Source of the DNA: Acidimicrobiia bacterium
GTDB taxonomy: Bacteria > Actinomycetota > Acidimicrobiia > Spongiisociales > JAENVV01
DNA: 64,000 nt
Assembly: GCA_041628225.1 (NCBI GenBank)
Contig: JBFKPQ010000001.1
Span: forward strand, 85,597 to 149,596
Direction: 5' to 3'
Shown here: one piece after another, positions 48,983 to 59,832 of the stretch
Position numbering within the stretch: position 1 is the stretch's first letter
Layout of the letters: every line of letters starts with the position of its first letter
Position numbers and translations under genes: made by a program
Notes under the pieces: generated by a model
Seen by the model: only the letters and a program-made list of their open reading frames with translations
Databases searched by the model: none
What the model was told of the DNA's origin: nothing

Positions 48983-50083
48983 ATGGACCTGCAACGAACA
49001 CCCCTCTACGGGCTGCACACGGATCGCGGCGGCCGCATGGTCGAATTCGCGGGATACGAGATGCCGATCCGCTACGAGGACGGCATCATCGCCGAACACC
49101 TGCAGACGCGGTCGGCCGCCAGCCTGTTCGACGTCGGCCACATGGGCGTGATCGAGGTCTGGGGACACGGCGCGGCCGAACAACTCGAGCGGCTGGTTCC
49201 CTCGGCGATCGTCGGTCTGCCGCACGGCAAGCTCCGCTACACCTTCTTCACCAATGATCAGGGTGGGGTGATCGACGACCTCATGGTCACCAACGCCGGT
49301 GACCGGATCGTCCTCGTGGTGAACGCCGGAACGAAGGCGGGTGACCTCGAACATCTGCAGTCTCACCTGGATGTCGAAGTCCGGCCCCGTCCCGACCTGT
49401 CGTTGCTCGCCCTCCAGGGTCCCGCCGCCGAGAGTGTGCTCTCCGGTCTCACCGACGCCCCGGTGGCCACGCAGCCGTTCATGACGTCCGTCGACGCCGA
49501 GGTGGGCGGCGTCGACATGTCGGTGTCTCGATCCGGTTACACCGGCGAGGACGGCTTCGAGCTGATGCTGCCATCCGATGCGGCGCGGTCGGTGGCGGAA
49601 CGCCTGCTGTCGGATCCCGACGTCGAACTCGCCGGCCTCGGGGCACGCGACTCGCTTCGGCTCGAAGCGGGGCTGTGCTTGTACGGTCACGATCTCGACG
49701 CCACCACGACGCCGGTTGAAGCAGCTCTCGTGTGGGCGATGCAGAAGCGGCGACGCACCGAAGGCGGATTCCCGGGGTTCGACATCATCCGCCGCCAACT
49801 CGACGACGGCCCGTCGCGGCTCAGAGTCGGTCTTCGTCCTGACGGCCGGGCACCGGTACGGGAGGGCGCCGAACTGCACGCGAACGGATCGGTGATCGGT
49901 GTCGTGACATCGGGCGGATACGGGCCCTCCGTCGAAGCGCCGGTGGCGATGGGCTACGTCGCCGCCGAACATGCCGACGCCGGAACCGAGTTGACCGCTC
50001 ATCAACGCAACAAGTCGGTGAAGGTGACCGTCTCCGATCTGCCGTTCATCCAGCCGTCCTACTACCGAGGTGAAACCGCATGA
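48983..50083 (+). CDS. gcvT: Glycine cleavage system aminomethyltransferase T
   Basis: 366 aa: [36 protein letters not shown]. Confidence 0.9.
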   Translation: MDLQRTPLYGLHTDRGGRMVEFAGYEMPIRYEDGIIAEHLQTRSAASLFDVGHMGVIEVWGHGAAEQLERLVPSAIVGLPHGKLRYTFFTNDQGGVIDDLMVTNAGDRIVLVVNAGTKAGDLEHLQSHLDVEVRPRPDLSLLALQGPAAESVLSGLTDAPVATQPFMTSVDAEVGGVDMSVSRSGYTGEDGFELMLPSDAARSVAERLLSDPDVELAGLGARDSLRLEAGLCLYGHDLDATTTPVEAALVWAMQKRRRTEGGFPGFDIIRRQLDDGPSRLRVGLRPDGRAPVREGAELHANGSVIGVVTSGGYGPSVEAPVAMGYVAAEHADAGTELTAHQRNKSVKVTVSDLPFIQPSYYRGETA

Positions 50084-52878
50084 CCTTCCTCGACCGCCAC
50101 TTGGGTCCCCGCCCGTCCGACCTGGCCGCCATGCTCGAGACCGTGGGCGCCGGTTCTCTGGAGGAACTGATCGACAAGGCGGTCCCGTCCGGGATTCGCG
50201 ACGATCGGCTGGAACTTCCCGACCCGCTCTCGGAAGTGGACGCGCTGGCACGTATGCGTGACTACGCCGACCAGAACACCGTGCTCCGATCTCTCATCGG
50301 CCAGGGGTACTACGGCACGATCACGCCCGGTGTCATCCAGCGCAATGTGCTGGAGAACCCCGGCTGGTACACCGCCTATACGCCGTACCAGCCCGAGATC
50401 TCGCAGGGGAGGCTCGAGGCGTTGACCGTCTTCCAGACGATGGTCGCCGACCTGACCGGCATGGCTCTGGCCAACGCCTCCCTGCTCGATGAGGGCACCG
50501 CCGCCGCCGAGGCGATGGCGTTGGCGCACCGCGCGTCGAAGTCGGGATCCGATGTCTTCTTCGTCGACGCCGACGCCCATCCGCAGACGATCGACGTGAT
50601 CCGCACACGCGCCGGCTCGCTCGGTTTCGAGGTCGTGGTGGGCGACGTGGCCCAGGCGCTGGAGCACGGGCCCTTCGGGCTGCTCGTTCAATACCCTGGC
50701 ACGTCGGGTTCGGTTCGAGATCTGAGCGATCTGATCGCAGCCGCGCACGATGGCGGTGCCGTCGTGACGGTGGCGGCCGACCTGCTCGCCTTGACGCTGC
50801 TCCGCCCACCGGGCGAGATGGGCGCCGACATCGTAGTGGGGACGTCACAGCGGTTCGGGGTTCCGATGGGGTACGGGGGCCCGCACGCCGCCTACATGGC
50901 CGTCACCGATGCCCACACCCGTTCGCTGCCAGGCCGGTTGGTCGGCGTCTCGGTGGACAGCGGCGGACGCACGGCGTACCGCCTGGCACTCCAGACCCGC
51001 GAACAGCACATCCGTCGAGAGCGGGCGACTTCCAACATCTGCACGGCCCAGGTCCTGCTGGCGGTGATGGCTGCCCTCTATGCGGTCTACCACGGTCCGG
51101 CGGGGTTGACGGAGATCGCCCGCCGAGTCCACGAACTGACGAGCCGGCTGGCGGCCTCGTTGGAAGCCGGTGGGCTCGAACTGGTCAACTCGACGTGGTT
51201 CGACACCCTCTGCGTCCGGGTCGAGTCCGCGACCGACGTCCTGGAACAGGCTGTCGCAGCGGGCTACAACCTACGCCTGGTGGACGCCACCACGGTCGGC
51301 GTGTCGTTCGATGAGACGGTCGACGAAGCCGATCTCGCCGCGGTCTGTGACATCTTCGGCGTTGCCGTTACCGATACGGCCGCTGCCGGCTGGACCGACG
51401 AACTGGCACGCTCGAGCGAGTTCCTGACGCATCCGACGTTCCACCGCTACCGGTCGGAGACAGAGATGCTTCGCTACCTGCGCCGGCTCCAGGACAAGGA
51501 CATCGCGCTCGATCGGTCGATGATCCCGCTCGGGTCCTGCACGATGAAGCTGAACGCGACGTCGGAGATGGTTCCCATCACCTGGCCCGAGTTCGCCGAC
51601 CTACATCCGTTCGCGCCGATCGATCAAGCCACCGGCTATGTGGGTCTCATCGCCGAACTCGAGACGTGGCTGGCCGAGATCACGGGCTACGACGCCGTCT
51701 CGGTGCAACCGAACGCCGGTTCGCAAGGTGAATACGCCGGTCTGCTGGCCATCCGCGCCTATCACGAGAGCCGCGGCGAACCAGAACGAGACGTCTGCCT
51801 CATCCCGTCGTCGGCGCACGGCACGAATCCCGCGTCGGCGGCGATGGCTGGGCTTCGAGTCGTCGTCGTCGAATGCGACGAGAACGGCAACGTCGACGTC
51901 ACCGACCTCTCCGCGAAGGCCGCCGAACACGCCGACCGTCTGGCCGCGCTCATGGTGACCTACCCGTCCACACACGGCGTGTTCGAAGAGGCGATCTCTG
52001 AGATCTGCGACATCGTGCACGACCACGGGGGTCAGGTGTATCTCGACGGAGCGAACCTCAACGCGATGGTGGGCATCGCCAAGCCGGGCTGGTTCGGCTC
52101 AGACGTATCTCACCTGAATCTGCACAAGACGTTCACCATTCCGCACGGCGGCGGGGGGCCAGGCGTCGGCCCGATCGGGGTGAAGGCCCACTTGGCGCCG
52201 TTCTTGCCCGGCCATCGCACCGACGATGCGGCCGGACCGGTTGGGCCGGTGGCTTCGGCTCGATGGGGTTCAGCCGGCATCCTCCCCATATCGTGGATGT
52301 ATATCGCCATGATGGGCGCGGCCGGCATGCGGGCGGCCACCGAAGTGGCGATCCTCAATGCCAACTACGTGGCCAAGCGACTCGAAGGGCACTTCGACGT
52401 TCTGTACACCGGCGCGGCAGGTCTCGTGGCCCACGAATGCATCATCGACATCCGTCCCTTGCACCGGACGACCGAGGTGACCGTCGACGACATCGCCAAG
52501 CGTCTCGTCGACTACGGCTTCCACGCTCCCACCATGTCGTTCCCGGTGGCCGGGACGCTCATGATCGAGCCGACCGAGTCGGAGTCGAAGGAGGAGCTCG
52601 ACCGGTTCTGTGAGGCGATGATCGCCATCCGCCAGGAGATTGCCGCCATCGAGCAGGGTGAGGTGGCACACGCCGATTCGGCGCTGGCGCACGCTCCCCA
52701 CACCGCGGAGGATCTCGTCGCGGTGGACTGGGACCGGCCGTACGCACGACGGTTCGGCGCGTATCCGGTGCCCGGCATCGTCGATCGAAAGTACTGGCCC
52801 CCGGTGTCGCGGATCGACGCGCGATATGGCGATCGAAACATCATGTGTGCCTGTCCGCCGATCGACGAGTGGCGCTGA
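50080..52878 (+). CDS. gcvP: Glycine dehydrogenase (decarboxylating), glycine cleavage P protein
   Basis: 932 aa single-chain GcvP with PLP-lysine region ([16 protein letters not shown]). ATG overlaps the gcvT stop. Confidence 0.95.
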   Translation: MTFLDRHLGPRPSDLAAMLETVGAGSLEELIDKAVPSGIRDDRLELPDPLSEVDALARMRDYADQNTVLRSLIGQGYYGTITPGVIQRNVLENPGWYTAYTPYQPEISQGRLEALTVFQTMVADLTGMALANASLLDEGTAAAEAMALAHRASKSGSDVFFVDADAHPQTIDVIRTRAGSLGFEVVVGDVAQALEHGPFGLLVQYPGTSGSVRDLSDLIAAAHDGGAVVTVAADLLALTLLRPPGEMGADIVVGTSQRFGVPMGYGGPHAAYMAVTDAHTRSLPGRLVGVSVDSGGRTAYRLALQTREQHIRRERATSNICTAQVLLAVMAALYAVYHGPAGLTEIARRVHELTSRLAASLEAGGLELVNSTWFDTLCVRVESATDVLEQAVAAGYNLRLVDATTVGVSFDETVDEADLAAVCDIFGVAVTDTAAAGWTDELARSSEFLTHPTFHRYRSETEMLRYLRRLQDKDIALDRSMIPLGSCTMKLNATSEMVPITWPEFADLHPFAPIDQATGYVGLIAELETWLAEITGYDAVSVQPNAGSQGEYAGLLAIRAYHESRGEPERDVCLIPSSAHGTNPASAAMAGLRVVVVECDENGNVDVTDLSAKAAEHADRLAALMVTYPSTHGVFEEAISEICDIVHDHGGQVYLDGANLNAMVGIAKPGWFGSDVSHLNLHKTFTIPHGGGGPGVGPIGVKAHLAPFLPGHRTDDAAGPVGPVASARWGSAGILPISWMYIAMMGAAGMRAATEVAILNANYVAKRLEGHFDVLYTGAAGLVAHECIIDIRPLHRTTEVTVDDIAKRLVDYGFHAPTMSFPVAGTLMIEPTESESKEELDRFCEAMIAIRQEIAAIEQGEVAHADSALAHAPHTAEDLVAVDWDRPYARRFGAYPVPGIVDRKYWPPVSRIDARYGDRNIMCACPPIDEWR

Positions 52879-52881
52879 GGA

Positions 52882-53733
52882 TCACACGTCGGCGGGATCG
52901 AATGCCACCCGGTCGAGCGCCCAGCGGGGTGCCGTCGCCTGCCACCAACCGAGCACGTCGAGGCGGCCCTCGACCTTGGCGGCCAGCAGCGAGAGGTCGT
53001 CGCCGGTGATGGTGAATCGGGGGACGGACCATCCGTCCGTCCGCCGTGGCCGGAAGCAGATGGCGTAGGCCTCGACGAATCCCGCGGCTCGCGCCGCCGA
53101 CGTGACGGTGTCGGTCACGTGTTGGGCCGGTCGCCCGAACGGGTAGGCGGCCCGTAGGACGTCGGTCTGGAGCCGGTCCTCCAGGTCGGCGCGCGATCCG
53201 GCGAGCTCGTGGAGGACCGTGGTCGGGTCGAGGCCGGCGAGGTTGCGGTGTGTGATCGTGTGGGCGCCGATCTCCATGCCGGCCGTCACGAGATCTTCGG
53301 CGTCGCGCCAGCTCATCCCCAGGATGTCGTCGTGCGGAGCCCGGTTGATGGCCGCGAAGTGCGCGAGGACGTCCGGATCACCGTCGAGGAGTCCCGTGGT
53401 CAAGAAGAAGGTGGCGGGCCAACCCCGGTCGACCAGCCGTGGCAGGACCGTGTGGTGGTTGTCCCGGTAGCCGTCGTCGAAGGTGAGAGCCACCCGAAGG
53501 CCGTCAGCCGGCGTGGAGAGATCGGCGAGTGAGACGACGGTGGCGTTGTCGGCGAGCCAGTCGAGATGGGCGTCGAAACGATCGGGGGTGAGATCCGCAA
53601 AGGCCGTGGTGTTCGAGATCGAGTGGTAACACAAGATCACCGATCGATTCCTGCCCGACGGCGCCGGCAGGCGCGCCAGCAGCTGCTTGGCGGCTCCCTT
53701 GACCATCGCCATCGCGCCCCGCTGCTCTGCCAT
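52882..53733 (-). CDS. Polysaccharide deacetylase family protein (NodB homology)
   Basis: LTFDDGYRDN (Asp-Asp metal/catalytic motif), HTITHRNL His motif. Start re-picked at internal ATG; upstream ORF text is wrong frame and would overlap the divergent GT gene. Confidence 0.8.
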   Translation of the reverse strand: MAEQRGAMAMVKGAAKQLLARLPAPSGRNRSVILCYHSISNTTAFADLTPDRFDAHLDWLADNATVVSLADLSTPADGLRVALTFDDGYRDNHHTVLPRLVDRGWPATFFLTTGLLDGDPDVLAHFAAINRAPHDDILGMSWRDAEDLVTAGMEIGAHTITHRNLAGLDPTTVLHELAGSRADLEDRLQTDVLRAAYPFGRPAQHVTDTVTSAARAAGFVEAYAICFRPRRTDGWSVPRFTITGDDLSLLAAKVEGRLDVLGWWQATAPRWALDRVAFDPADV

Positions 53734-53763
53734 GCGGGCCAGGCTAGGCCGCCCGCTAGCTTG

Positions 53764-54897
53764 ATGGCCTTGCGGATACTCCTGGTGCACACGGCCTACC
53801 GGCAGAGCGGAGGCGAGGACGCGGTCGTCGACCGCCAGGCCGCGCTGCTCGCCGGGGGTGGACATGACGTCGACCTGTTCCGATTCGAGAACCCTGCCGG
53901 TGCGCGGGAGTCGGTGTTCGGCTTGGTGCGTGCGCCATGGAACCCCGCCTCGGCGCGGGTGCTTCGGGAACGGATCGAAGCGTTTGGTCCGGATGTGGTG
54001 CACGTCCACAACACGTGGTTCGCGGCATCGCCGGCCGTGTTCGCCACGGTTCGCCGCGCCGGCGCCCCGCTGGTCGTGACCCTCCACAACTACCGGCCGC
54101 TGTGTGCCAATGCCTTGCTGTTTCGTGACGGCGCCGTCTGCGAGGACTGCGTCGGCCACCTCGGATGGCGCGGGGTCGTTCGCCGGTGTTACCGCGACTC
54201 CGCCGTCACCTCGGCGGCTGTGGCGGGCACCTCGGTGCTGCTCTCACGCCAGCTGGCGTGGGCCGATCGGCTCGTGGTTCCGAGCCGGACAGCCGGCGAG
54301 CGTTTCCGGGCGGCCGGGCACACCCGCCTGAAGGTGATCCCGCACGCGATTCCCGATCCTGGTCCGCGCCTGGTGGACGCCGCCGACTCGGACATGGTGG
54401 TGTTCGCGGGGCGTCTTTCGGCGGAGAAAGGGCTGGAACAAGTGGTGGTGTCCTGGCCGTCCTCCCGGATGCGACTCCACGTGTTCGGGGACGGCCCGGA
54501 ACGTTCCCGGCTCGAAGCCGTAGCACGACCAGGCGTCGTGTTCCGGGGTTGGTCTCCCCCCGAGGAGGTCGCCACCGCCCTCCGATCGGCGCGCGCCCTG
54601 GTGTTTCCGTCGGTCGTGCTCGAGACCTTCGGGCTGGCGGTCGGCGAGGCGCTGGCGGCCGGCACCCCGGCATTCGTGACGGCCGGCACGGCCGCCTCGG
54701 AACTGATCGAAGCGGGCGGGGGATGGTCGGTTCGATCACAAACGGGTTGGGACAACGCGCTCAGCGTGTTGGAGGACCCGGCGCAGGTGTCACAGAGAGC
54801 GGTCGAGGCGCGCGCGGTCTACGAGTCGTCTCTGTCGCCTGCGGTGGGCCTCCGGCGGCTGGTCGAGCTCTACGAAGCGGTGCTCACACATCGGTAG
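53764..54897 (+). CDS. Glycosyltransferase family 4 (GT-B, group 1)
   Basis: N-terminal HTAYRQSGGED... and C-terminal Glycos_transf_1 motif VFPSVVLETFGLAVGEALAAGTP. Confidence 0.8.
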   Translation: MALRILLVHTAYRQSGGEDAVVDRQAALLAGGGHDVDLFRFENPAGARESVFGLVRAPWNPASARVLRERIEAFGPDVVHVHNTWFAASPAVFATVRRAGAPLVVTLHNYRPLCANALLFRDGAVCEDCVGHLGWRGVVRRCYRDSAVTSAAVAGTSVLLSRQLAWADRLVVPSRTAGERFRAAGHTRLKVIPHAIPDPGPRLVDAADSDMVVFAGRLSAEKGLEQVVVSWPSSRMRLHVFGDGPERSRLEAVARPGVVFRGWSPPEEVATALRSARALVFPSVVLETFGLAVGEALAAGTPAFVTAGTAASELIEAGGGWSVRSQTGWDNALSVLEDPAQVSQRAVEARAVYESSLSPAVGLRRLVELYEAVLTHR

Positions 54898-55050
54898 TTT
54901 TCGCGCTCTCCGAGTACCCCTCCCCCCACTCTCCGTGTGGTGGTAGGTTTGAGCAGAGGCGCAACATGCGCCACGCGTAAGCACGAGATTGGGGCTCGGG
55001 AGGCACCAGGGTGTGGTCGGCTGTCCCGTGCCCCCGATGAGGGGGATGCG

Positions 55051-56004
55051 ATGCAAAAAGTATTGGTGACGGGGGCCGGCGGCTTCATCGGTCATCATCT
55101 CGTCACGGATCTGAAACGGCGGGGCTACTGGGTCAGGGGCGTGGACCTCAAGCACCCGGAGTTCAACGAGACGGACGCCGACGAATTCGAGATTCTGGAC
55201 CTGCGCCGGTGGGACGCCGCCCTCCAGGCGACGCGCGGCATCGACCAGGTGTACGCCCTGGCGGCGGACATGGGCGGCATGGGGTTCATCTCCGCACATC
55301 ACGCCGAGATACTCCACAACAACTCCCTCATCAACCTCCACACGATGGAAGCCGCGCGCGTCAACGGCGTCGGTCGCTATCTGTACACCTCGTCGGCGTG
55401 CATCTACCCGGAGCACCTCCAGGAGGACGCCGACGTCGCGCCCCTCAAAGAGGAGGACGCCTACCCGGCCAATCCCCAAGACGCCTACGGGTGGGAGAAG
55501 CTCGTCTCCGAGAAGCTCGCCGAGTACTACGGCGCCGAATACGACCTGGAGGTTCGGATCGTCCGGTTCCACAACATCTACGGCCCGAACGGTACGTACG
55601 ACGGTGGACGTGAGAAGGCACCTGCGGCCCTGTGCCGGAAGGTCGCCCAGGTCGACGATGGTGGCTCGATAGAGATCTGGGGCGACGGGGAGCAGACGAG
55701 GTCGTTCTGCTACATCGACGATTGCGTACAGGGCATCTACCGGCTCATGCAGTCGGACTTTTCCGAGCCGGTGAACCTCGGCCGCGACCGGATGGTGACG
55801 ATCAACGAGCTCGCGCAGATCATCATCGACATCTCCGGCAAGCGCGACATCTCGCTCGTGCACGTCGACGGACCGCAGGGTGTGCGGGGCCGGAACTCCG
55901 ACAACGATCTGCTCAAGGAGACCTTGGGCTGGGAGCCCAAGACGCGCCTCGAAGAAGGACTCGAACCCACCTATCGGTGGATCGAAAAGATGGTGCGCGG
56001 CTGA
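55051..56004 (+). CDS. NAD-dependent sugar-nucleotide epimerase/dehydratase (SDR family)
   Basis: VLVTGAGGFIGHHL Rossmann motif, catalytic YGWEK (YxxxK), about 317 aa. Confidence 0.85.
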   Translation: MQKVLVTGAGGFIGHHLVTDLKRRGYWVRGVDLKHPEFNETDADEFEILDLRRWDAALQATRGIDQVYALAADMGGMGFISAHHAEILHNNSLINLHTMEAARVNGVGRYLYTSSACIYPEHLQEDADVAPLKEEDAYPANPQDAYGWEKLVSEKLAEYYGAEYDLEVRIVRFHNIYGPNGTYDGGREKAPAALCRKVAQVDDGGSIEIWGDGEQTRSFCYIDDCVQGIYRLMQSDFSEPVNLGRDRMVTINELAQIIIDISGKRDISLVHVDGPQGVRGRNSDNDLLKETLGWEPKTRLEEGLEPTYRWIEKMVRG

Positions 56005-56006
56005 CC

Positions 56007-56762
56007 ATGATCGATCGCACCGATGTGCTCGGTGTCGGAGTCTCGGCCATCACGATTCCAACGGCGGTCGCCGAGATCGGTCGCTGGATCGCCGATGGCG
56101 AACACCACTACGTCTGCGTGACCGGGGTTCACGGCGTGATGGAATCACAGCGCGACCCCGACCTGCTCGTGATTCACAACCGATCCGGCCTCACGACCCC
56201 CGACGGCATGCCCATGGTGTGGGCATCGCACCGAGCAGGCCAGCGGCACGTGGAGCGGGTGTACGGGCCGGATCTGATGCTGGCGCTGTGTGAGCACGCC
56301 GAGGCTCGAGGATGGACGTCGTTCTTCTACGGCGGCAAGGAAGGCATCCCGGAACTCCTGAAGGAGAAGCTGCAAGGGCGCTATCCGGGCCTCAAGGTCG
56401 TGGGAACGTACTCGCCGCCGTTCCGTCCGCTCACGGCCGAGGAGGACGATGCGGTCGTCCAGATGATCAACGAGGCCGCCCCCGATCTCGTGTGGGTGGG
56501 ACTGAGTACCCCCAAGCAGGAGCGTTGGATGGCCGATCACGTCGATCGTCTGAACGCGGCCGCTCTGTTGGGGGTCGGCGCCGCCTTCGACATCCACGCC
56601 GGTGTGCTGCAGCAGGCTCCCCGCTGGATGCAGCGATCCGGCCTGGAGTGGCTCTACCGCCTCGGGCGCGAACCCCGCCGCCTGTGGAAACGGTACGCCG
56701 TCAACAACCCGCGCTTCGTGTGGGCGATCCTTCGGAGACCTCCCCGACCCCTCCGCTCGTAG
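56007..56762 (+). CDS. WecB/TagA/CpsF-family glycosyltransferase (N-acetylmannosaminyltransferase-like)
   Basis: 251 aa; FFYGGKEG..., GLSTPKQERW, GVGAAFD, LEWLYRLGREPRRLWKRY are hallmarks of Glyco_tran_WecB. Confidence 0.8.
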   Translation: MIDRTDVLGVGVSAITIPTAVAEIGRWIADGEHHYVCVTGVHGVMESQRDPDLLVIHNRSGLTTPDGMPMVWASHRAGQRHVERVYGPDLMLALCEHAEARGWTSFFYGGKEGIPELLKEKLQGRYPGLKVVGTYSPPFRPLTAEEDDAVVQMINEAAPDLVWVGLSTPKQERWMADHVDRLNAAALLGVGAAFDIHAGVLQQAPRWMQRSGLEWLYRLGREPRRLWKRYAVNNPRFVWAILRRPPRPLRS

Positions 56763-56771
56763 AGTGGGGCC

Positions 56772-57362
56772 ATGGCCAGGGGCGAACACCGAGGGAGATT
56801 CGTCGTGATCGTGGGTCCGGACGGTGCCGGCAAGACGACGCTGGCCGCGGCCGTGGCCGACCGCGCGCCGAATGGCTCGGCGTACTTCCACTTCCTACCG
56901 AGGCAACTGCTGCCGTCCCCTCCCACGGATCCCGGTCCGCCACCACCGAAGAAGGCGCCCGACCGGAGGCTGTTGGGTTGGCTGCGTCTGGCGCGCAACT
57001 GGTTCCGGGCTTCGAACACCTACCGGACCACGTTGCGACCCGCCTTGGAACAGGGGTCGCTCGTCGTCGCCGATCGGTGGGTGTACGGGTACGTCGGTCA
57101 ACCGGGCGCGCTGCGATTCTCCGGCCCGGAATGGCTGGCGCGGTTGGCAATCCGCCTTCTGCCTCGCCCTGATCTCGTCGTCAACCTCGCCGGACCCGCC
57201 GAGGTCCTCGTCACCCGCAAACCCGAGTTGACGGTCGCACAGGCCGAGGCCGAGATGACCCGATGGCTTCGGCTGCCGGTACCGCACCTCGTCACGCTCG
57301 ACGCAACCCTGCCGCCCGACGAACTGGCCGACCGGGCATGGGAGGCGCTGGCGTGGCGTTGA
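56772..57362 (+). CDS. P-loop NTPase / small kinase-like protein, unknown function
   Basis: Walker A VVIVGPDGAGKTTLAAAV, 196 aa, Pro-rich insert (PSPPTDPGPPPPKK). Inside the polysaccharide locus. Confidence 0.5.
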   Translation: MARGEHRGRFVVIVGPDGAGKTTLAAAVADRAPNGSAYFHFLPRQLLPSPPTDPGPPPPKKAPDRRLLGWLRLARNWFRASNTYRTTLRPALEQGSLVVADRWVYGYVGQPGALRFSGPEWLARLAIRLLPRPDLVVNLAGPAEVLVTRKPELTVAQAEAEMTRWLRLPVPHLVTLDATLPPDELADRAWEALAWR

Positions 57363-58621
57363 TGACCCGCACGGCTCGCAGTGCCTGGCTGGGCGGCCCG
57401 GCTCGACTGGCCTGGTTGATGATGGCGGTTGTCCTGACCTCGTCGTTCAAGGTGCGGGAACGCGACCCGACGCTGGCGACGAGTGGCGTCGTCGACGCGC
57501 AGATCGGCGTCGAACTCCTCGTCTGGGGAGCGGCTGCCGCTCTGGCGGTGGCCCGGATCGTCTCGACGCGCACCACGCCGCTCAACACCCCGGCGCGTCT
57601 GCACCCGGTGCTCCGGTGGCAAGGTGCCTTGTTCGGGCTCTTCCTCGTCACGTCGCTGTGGTCGCCGTCGCAGCCGGTCTCGGTGGTGCGGGCGGGCCAA
57701 CTGGCCATCATGTTCGTACTGGGTGTCACGGCGCTTGCCGAGTTCGATCGGGAAGGCATCGAACGCCTGTGGATCTCGGTTCGGCGGGTCGCCTGGATGG
57801 CGACGGTGACCGGTGTCGTACTCACCTCCGTTCTGCCGCTGTGGCAGCCGTTTGTGGTGGGGTTCGCAGGGGATGTTCGGTTCCGGATGTTCGCCATGCA
57901 TCCCATCTCCACCGGGAACTTCCTGGGGTTTGCTCTGCTCGCCCTGGTCACCACCTGGTTTGGCACATCGGAGCCGTGGTTCGAGAGGCGCGGTGGTTCC
58001 TTGATCCGCCTGCTGGCCGCGGTGTCGTTCGCCGGTCTCCTGGTTGCGACCGGGTCGCGCGGTGCGATGGTCGCCACGCTGGCGGCGGTGGGCTTGGCGG
58101 TTCTTCTGTCTCCCCGTCGGTCGGTTCGTTCGGTGATCCTCCTGGCGGGTGCCGCCTCCGTGCTCGTGGTTGCGGCGGGATTCGGAGCGACGGCGTTGGC
58201 CGAAGTGGCGCTGCGGGGCCAGGATCTGGCCGACGTCGCACGGCTCAGCGGTCGGTTCGAGTTGGCGGCTGCGGCGGTGCCGCTGCTGGAGGATCGCGTG
58301 CTGTTCGGGCACGGGTACCTGGCCGCCCGGTCCGTGTTCTTGCAGCTCGCGTGGGGCGCCGGTGAATCGCACAACATGCTGTTGGAGATCTTGTTCTCGA
58401 CCGGCCTGTTCGGACTGGTGCTGCTGGCCGGCTTCCTCGGCAGCCTCGCCAAGACGATCGTGATCGGTGGCTTCGGCGAGCGGCCGCTCGCCCGCCAGGC
58501 CGCACCCCTCCTCCTGTGGCCGCTGCTCAACGGGGTCGTGGCCAGTGGGTTCATCGCCGGCCCAGGGACGGGGCTCTTGGCGATCACACTGGCCGTGATG
58601 TTCGCCGTGCGGGACTCATGA
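57362..58621 (+). CDS. O-antigen ligase/polymerase-like membrane protein (Wzy_C family)
   Basis: About 10-12 TM helices with a central loop. Typical Wzy_C text (..LATGSRGAMVA..). Start overlaps the previous stop; alternative ATG at 57338. Confidence 0.65.
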   Translation: MTRTARSAWLGGPARLAWLMMAVVLTSSFKVRERDPTLATSGVVDAQIGVELLVWGAAAALAVARIVSTRTTPLNTPARLHPVLRWQGALFGLFLVTSLWSPSQPVSVVRAGQLAIMFVLGVTALAEFDREGIERLWISVRRVAWMATVTGVVLTSVLPLWQPFVVGFAGDVRFRMFAMHPISTGNFLGFALLALVTTWFGTSEPWFERRGGSLIRLLAAVSFAGLLVATGSRGAMVATLAAVGLAVLLSPRRSVRSVILLAGAASVLVVAAGFGATALAEVALRGQDLADVARLSGRFELAAAAVPLLEDRVLFGHGYLAARSVFLQLAWGAGESHNMLLEILFSTGLFGLVLLAGFLGSLAKTIVIGGFGERPLARQAAPLLLWPLLNGVVASGFIAGPGTGLLAITLAVMFAVRDS

Positions 58622-59832
58622 TGAAGATCCTGCTCGTGGCGCACAGCTGCGAACCGGGGCGAGGATCCGAAGCGGGTGCCGGCTATGCGACCCTCCGAGC
58701 AGCCGCGGAGCGGGGTGAGGTGTGGCTCCTCACCCGGGCCAACAACGTTGCTCTCGTAGAAGCGGGTCTGGCCGCGGCGCCGCCCGCACACCCGGTGCAC
58801 GTCGTCGGACTGGATGGTGCGCCGTGGTTGCTGTCCCTCAAGAAGCGCTTCGGCGCGCACCGGCTCTACAACGCCTGGTGGCAACGGCTGGTGGCACAGA
58901 AAGCCCTCCGGCTGCACGACGACGTGCAGTTCGATCTCGTCCACCATGCGACGCTCGCGTCCTACTGGATGCCGATGGCGGCCCTGCGCATACCGCGACC
59001 CGTCGTCGTCCAGGCCGGCGGAGCCGAGACCGTGCCGCGCACGCTGCTTCGCTTCATCGGATGGCGCGAGACCGTCCAGCAGGCGATCCGCGTCGCCGCA
59101 CGAGCCATCGTGGGCCGGACGACGTGGGCGAAGCGCCCCGCCGGTCACCCGACGGTGTTGATCGCCCAGAACGACGACATGGCCGCATTCGCCAAGAAGA
59201 GCTGGCTCGCCGACCACCTCGACGACGTCATGGTGTTCCCCAATGCGAGCGATCCCGATCTCGACGACTGGCGATCCGACCCGGCCGAGCGGCAGCCCGT
59301 CGTGTTGTTCGTGGGCCATCTGGGACGGCACAAGGGCACCCACCTGGCCGTGGAGGCGTTCGGTCACGTGGCCCGTGACGACGCTCGGCTGGTGCTCGTC
59401 GGTGGGGGAGCGGACCCGGCCCTCGTGCGAAAGATCGAACGCAGCGGTCTCTTCGACCGGGTGCGCCTGACGGGTCGGATGCCCCGACCCGAGGTACTCG
59501 CACAGATGAATCGAGCGAGCGTGCTCATCGCACCCTTCCTGCGCGACTCGGCCGGCTTTGTCGTCAGCGAAGCACTGTCGGTCGGGCTGCCCGTAGTGGC
59601 GCTCGACCACGCCGGCCCGGCGAGCCTGGCGCGCCTGTGGCCGGCCGACCGGTCCGACCTCGTCCCGGTGACTGACCGCCGGTCCACCATCGCCGGATTG
59701 ACCGCGGCGCTGGAGCGCCGTCTGGCGGCCCCGGCCCCGGTCGCCGACCGTCTCCGGCCTGCCTCCCGACGCCTCACGGACGTAGTCGAGGACGCCTATC
59801 AGCGCGCGCTCGGCCTGGACGTCCGGTCGTGA
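58618..59832 (+). CDS. Glycosyltransferase family 4 (group 1)
   Basis: C-terminal Glycos_transf_1 region (LFVGHLGRHKG..., VLIAPFLRDSAGFVVSEALSVGLPVVA). ATG overlaps the previous stop. Confidence 0.8.
   Translation: MMKILLVAHSCEPGRGSEAGAGYATLRAAAERGEVWLLTRANNVALVEAGLAAAPPAHPVHVVGLDGAPWLLSLKKRFGAHRLYNAWWQRLVAQKALRLHDDVQFDLVHHATLASYWMPMAALRIPRPVVVQAGGAETVPRTLLRFIGWRETVQQAIRVAARAIVGRTTWAKRPAGHPTVLIAQNDDMAAFAKKSWLADHLDDVMVFPNASDPDLDDWRSDPAERQPVVLFVGHLGRHKGTHLAVEAFGHVARDDARLVLVGGGADPALVRKIERSGLFDRVRLTGRMPRPEVLAQMNRASVLIAPFLRDSAGFVVSEALSVGLPVVALDHAGPASLARLWPADRSDLVPVTDRRSTIAGLTAALERRLAAPAPVADRLRPASRRLTDVVEDAYQRALGLDVRS

Noticed and set aside
54898-55050. 150-bp intergenic region before the epimerase with small palindromes (GGCGCA-aca-TGCGCC; CCCCC-gatga-GGGGG)
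   Set aside because: Short 5-6-bp stems are expected by chance at this GC content. No recognisable riboswitch or operator consensus, so not called as a feature.
57292-59610. 772-aa minus-strand ORF across the ligase-like and GT genes
   Set aside because: Antisense to a multi-TM Wzy_C-like protein and a GT4 with clear motifs. Translation is Arg/Ala/Thr/Ser-rich low complexity.
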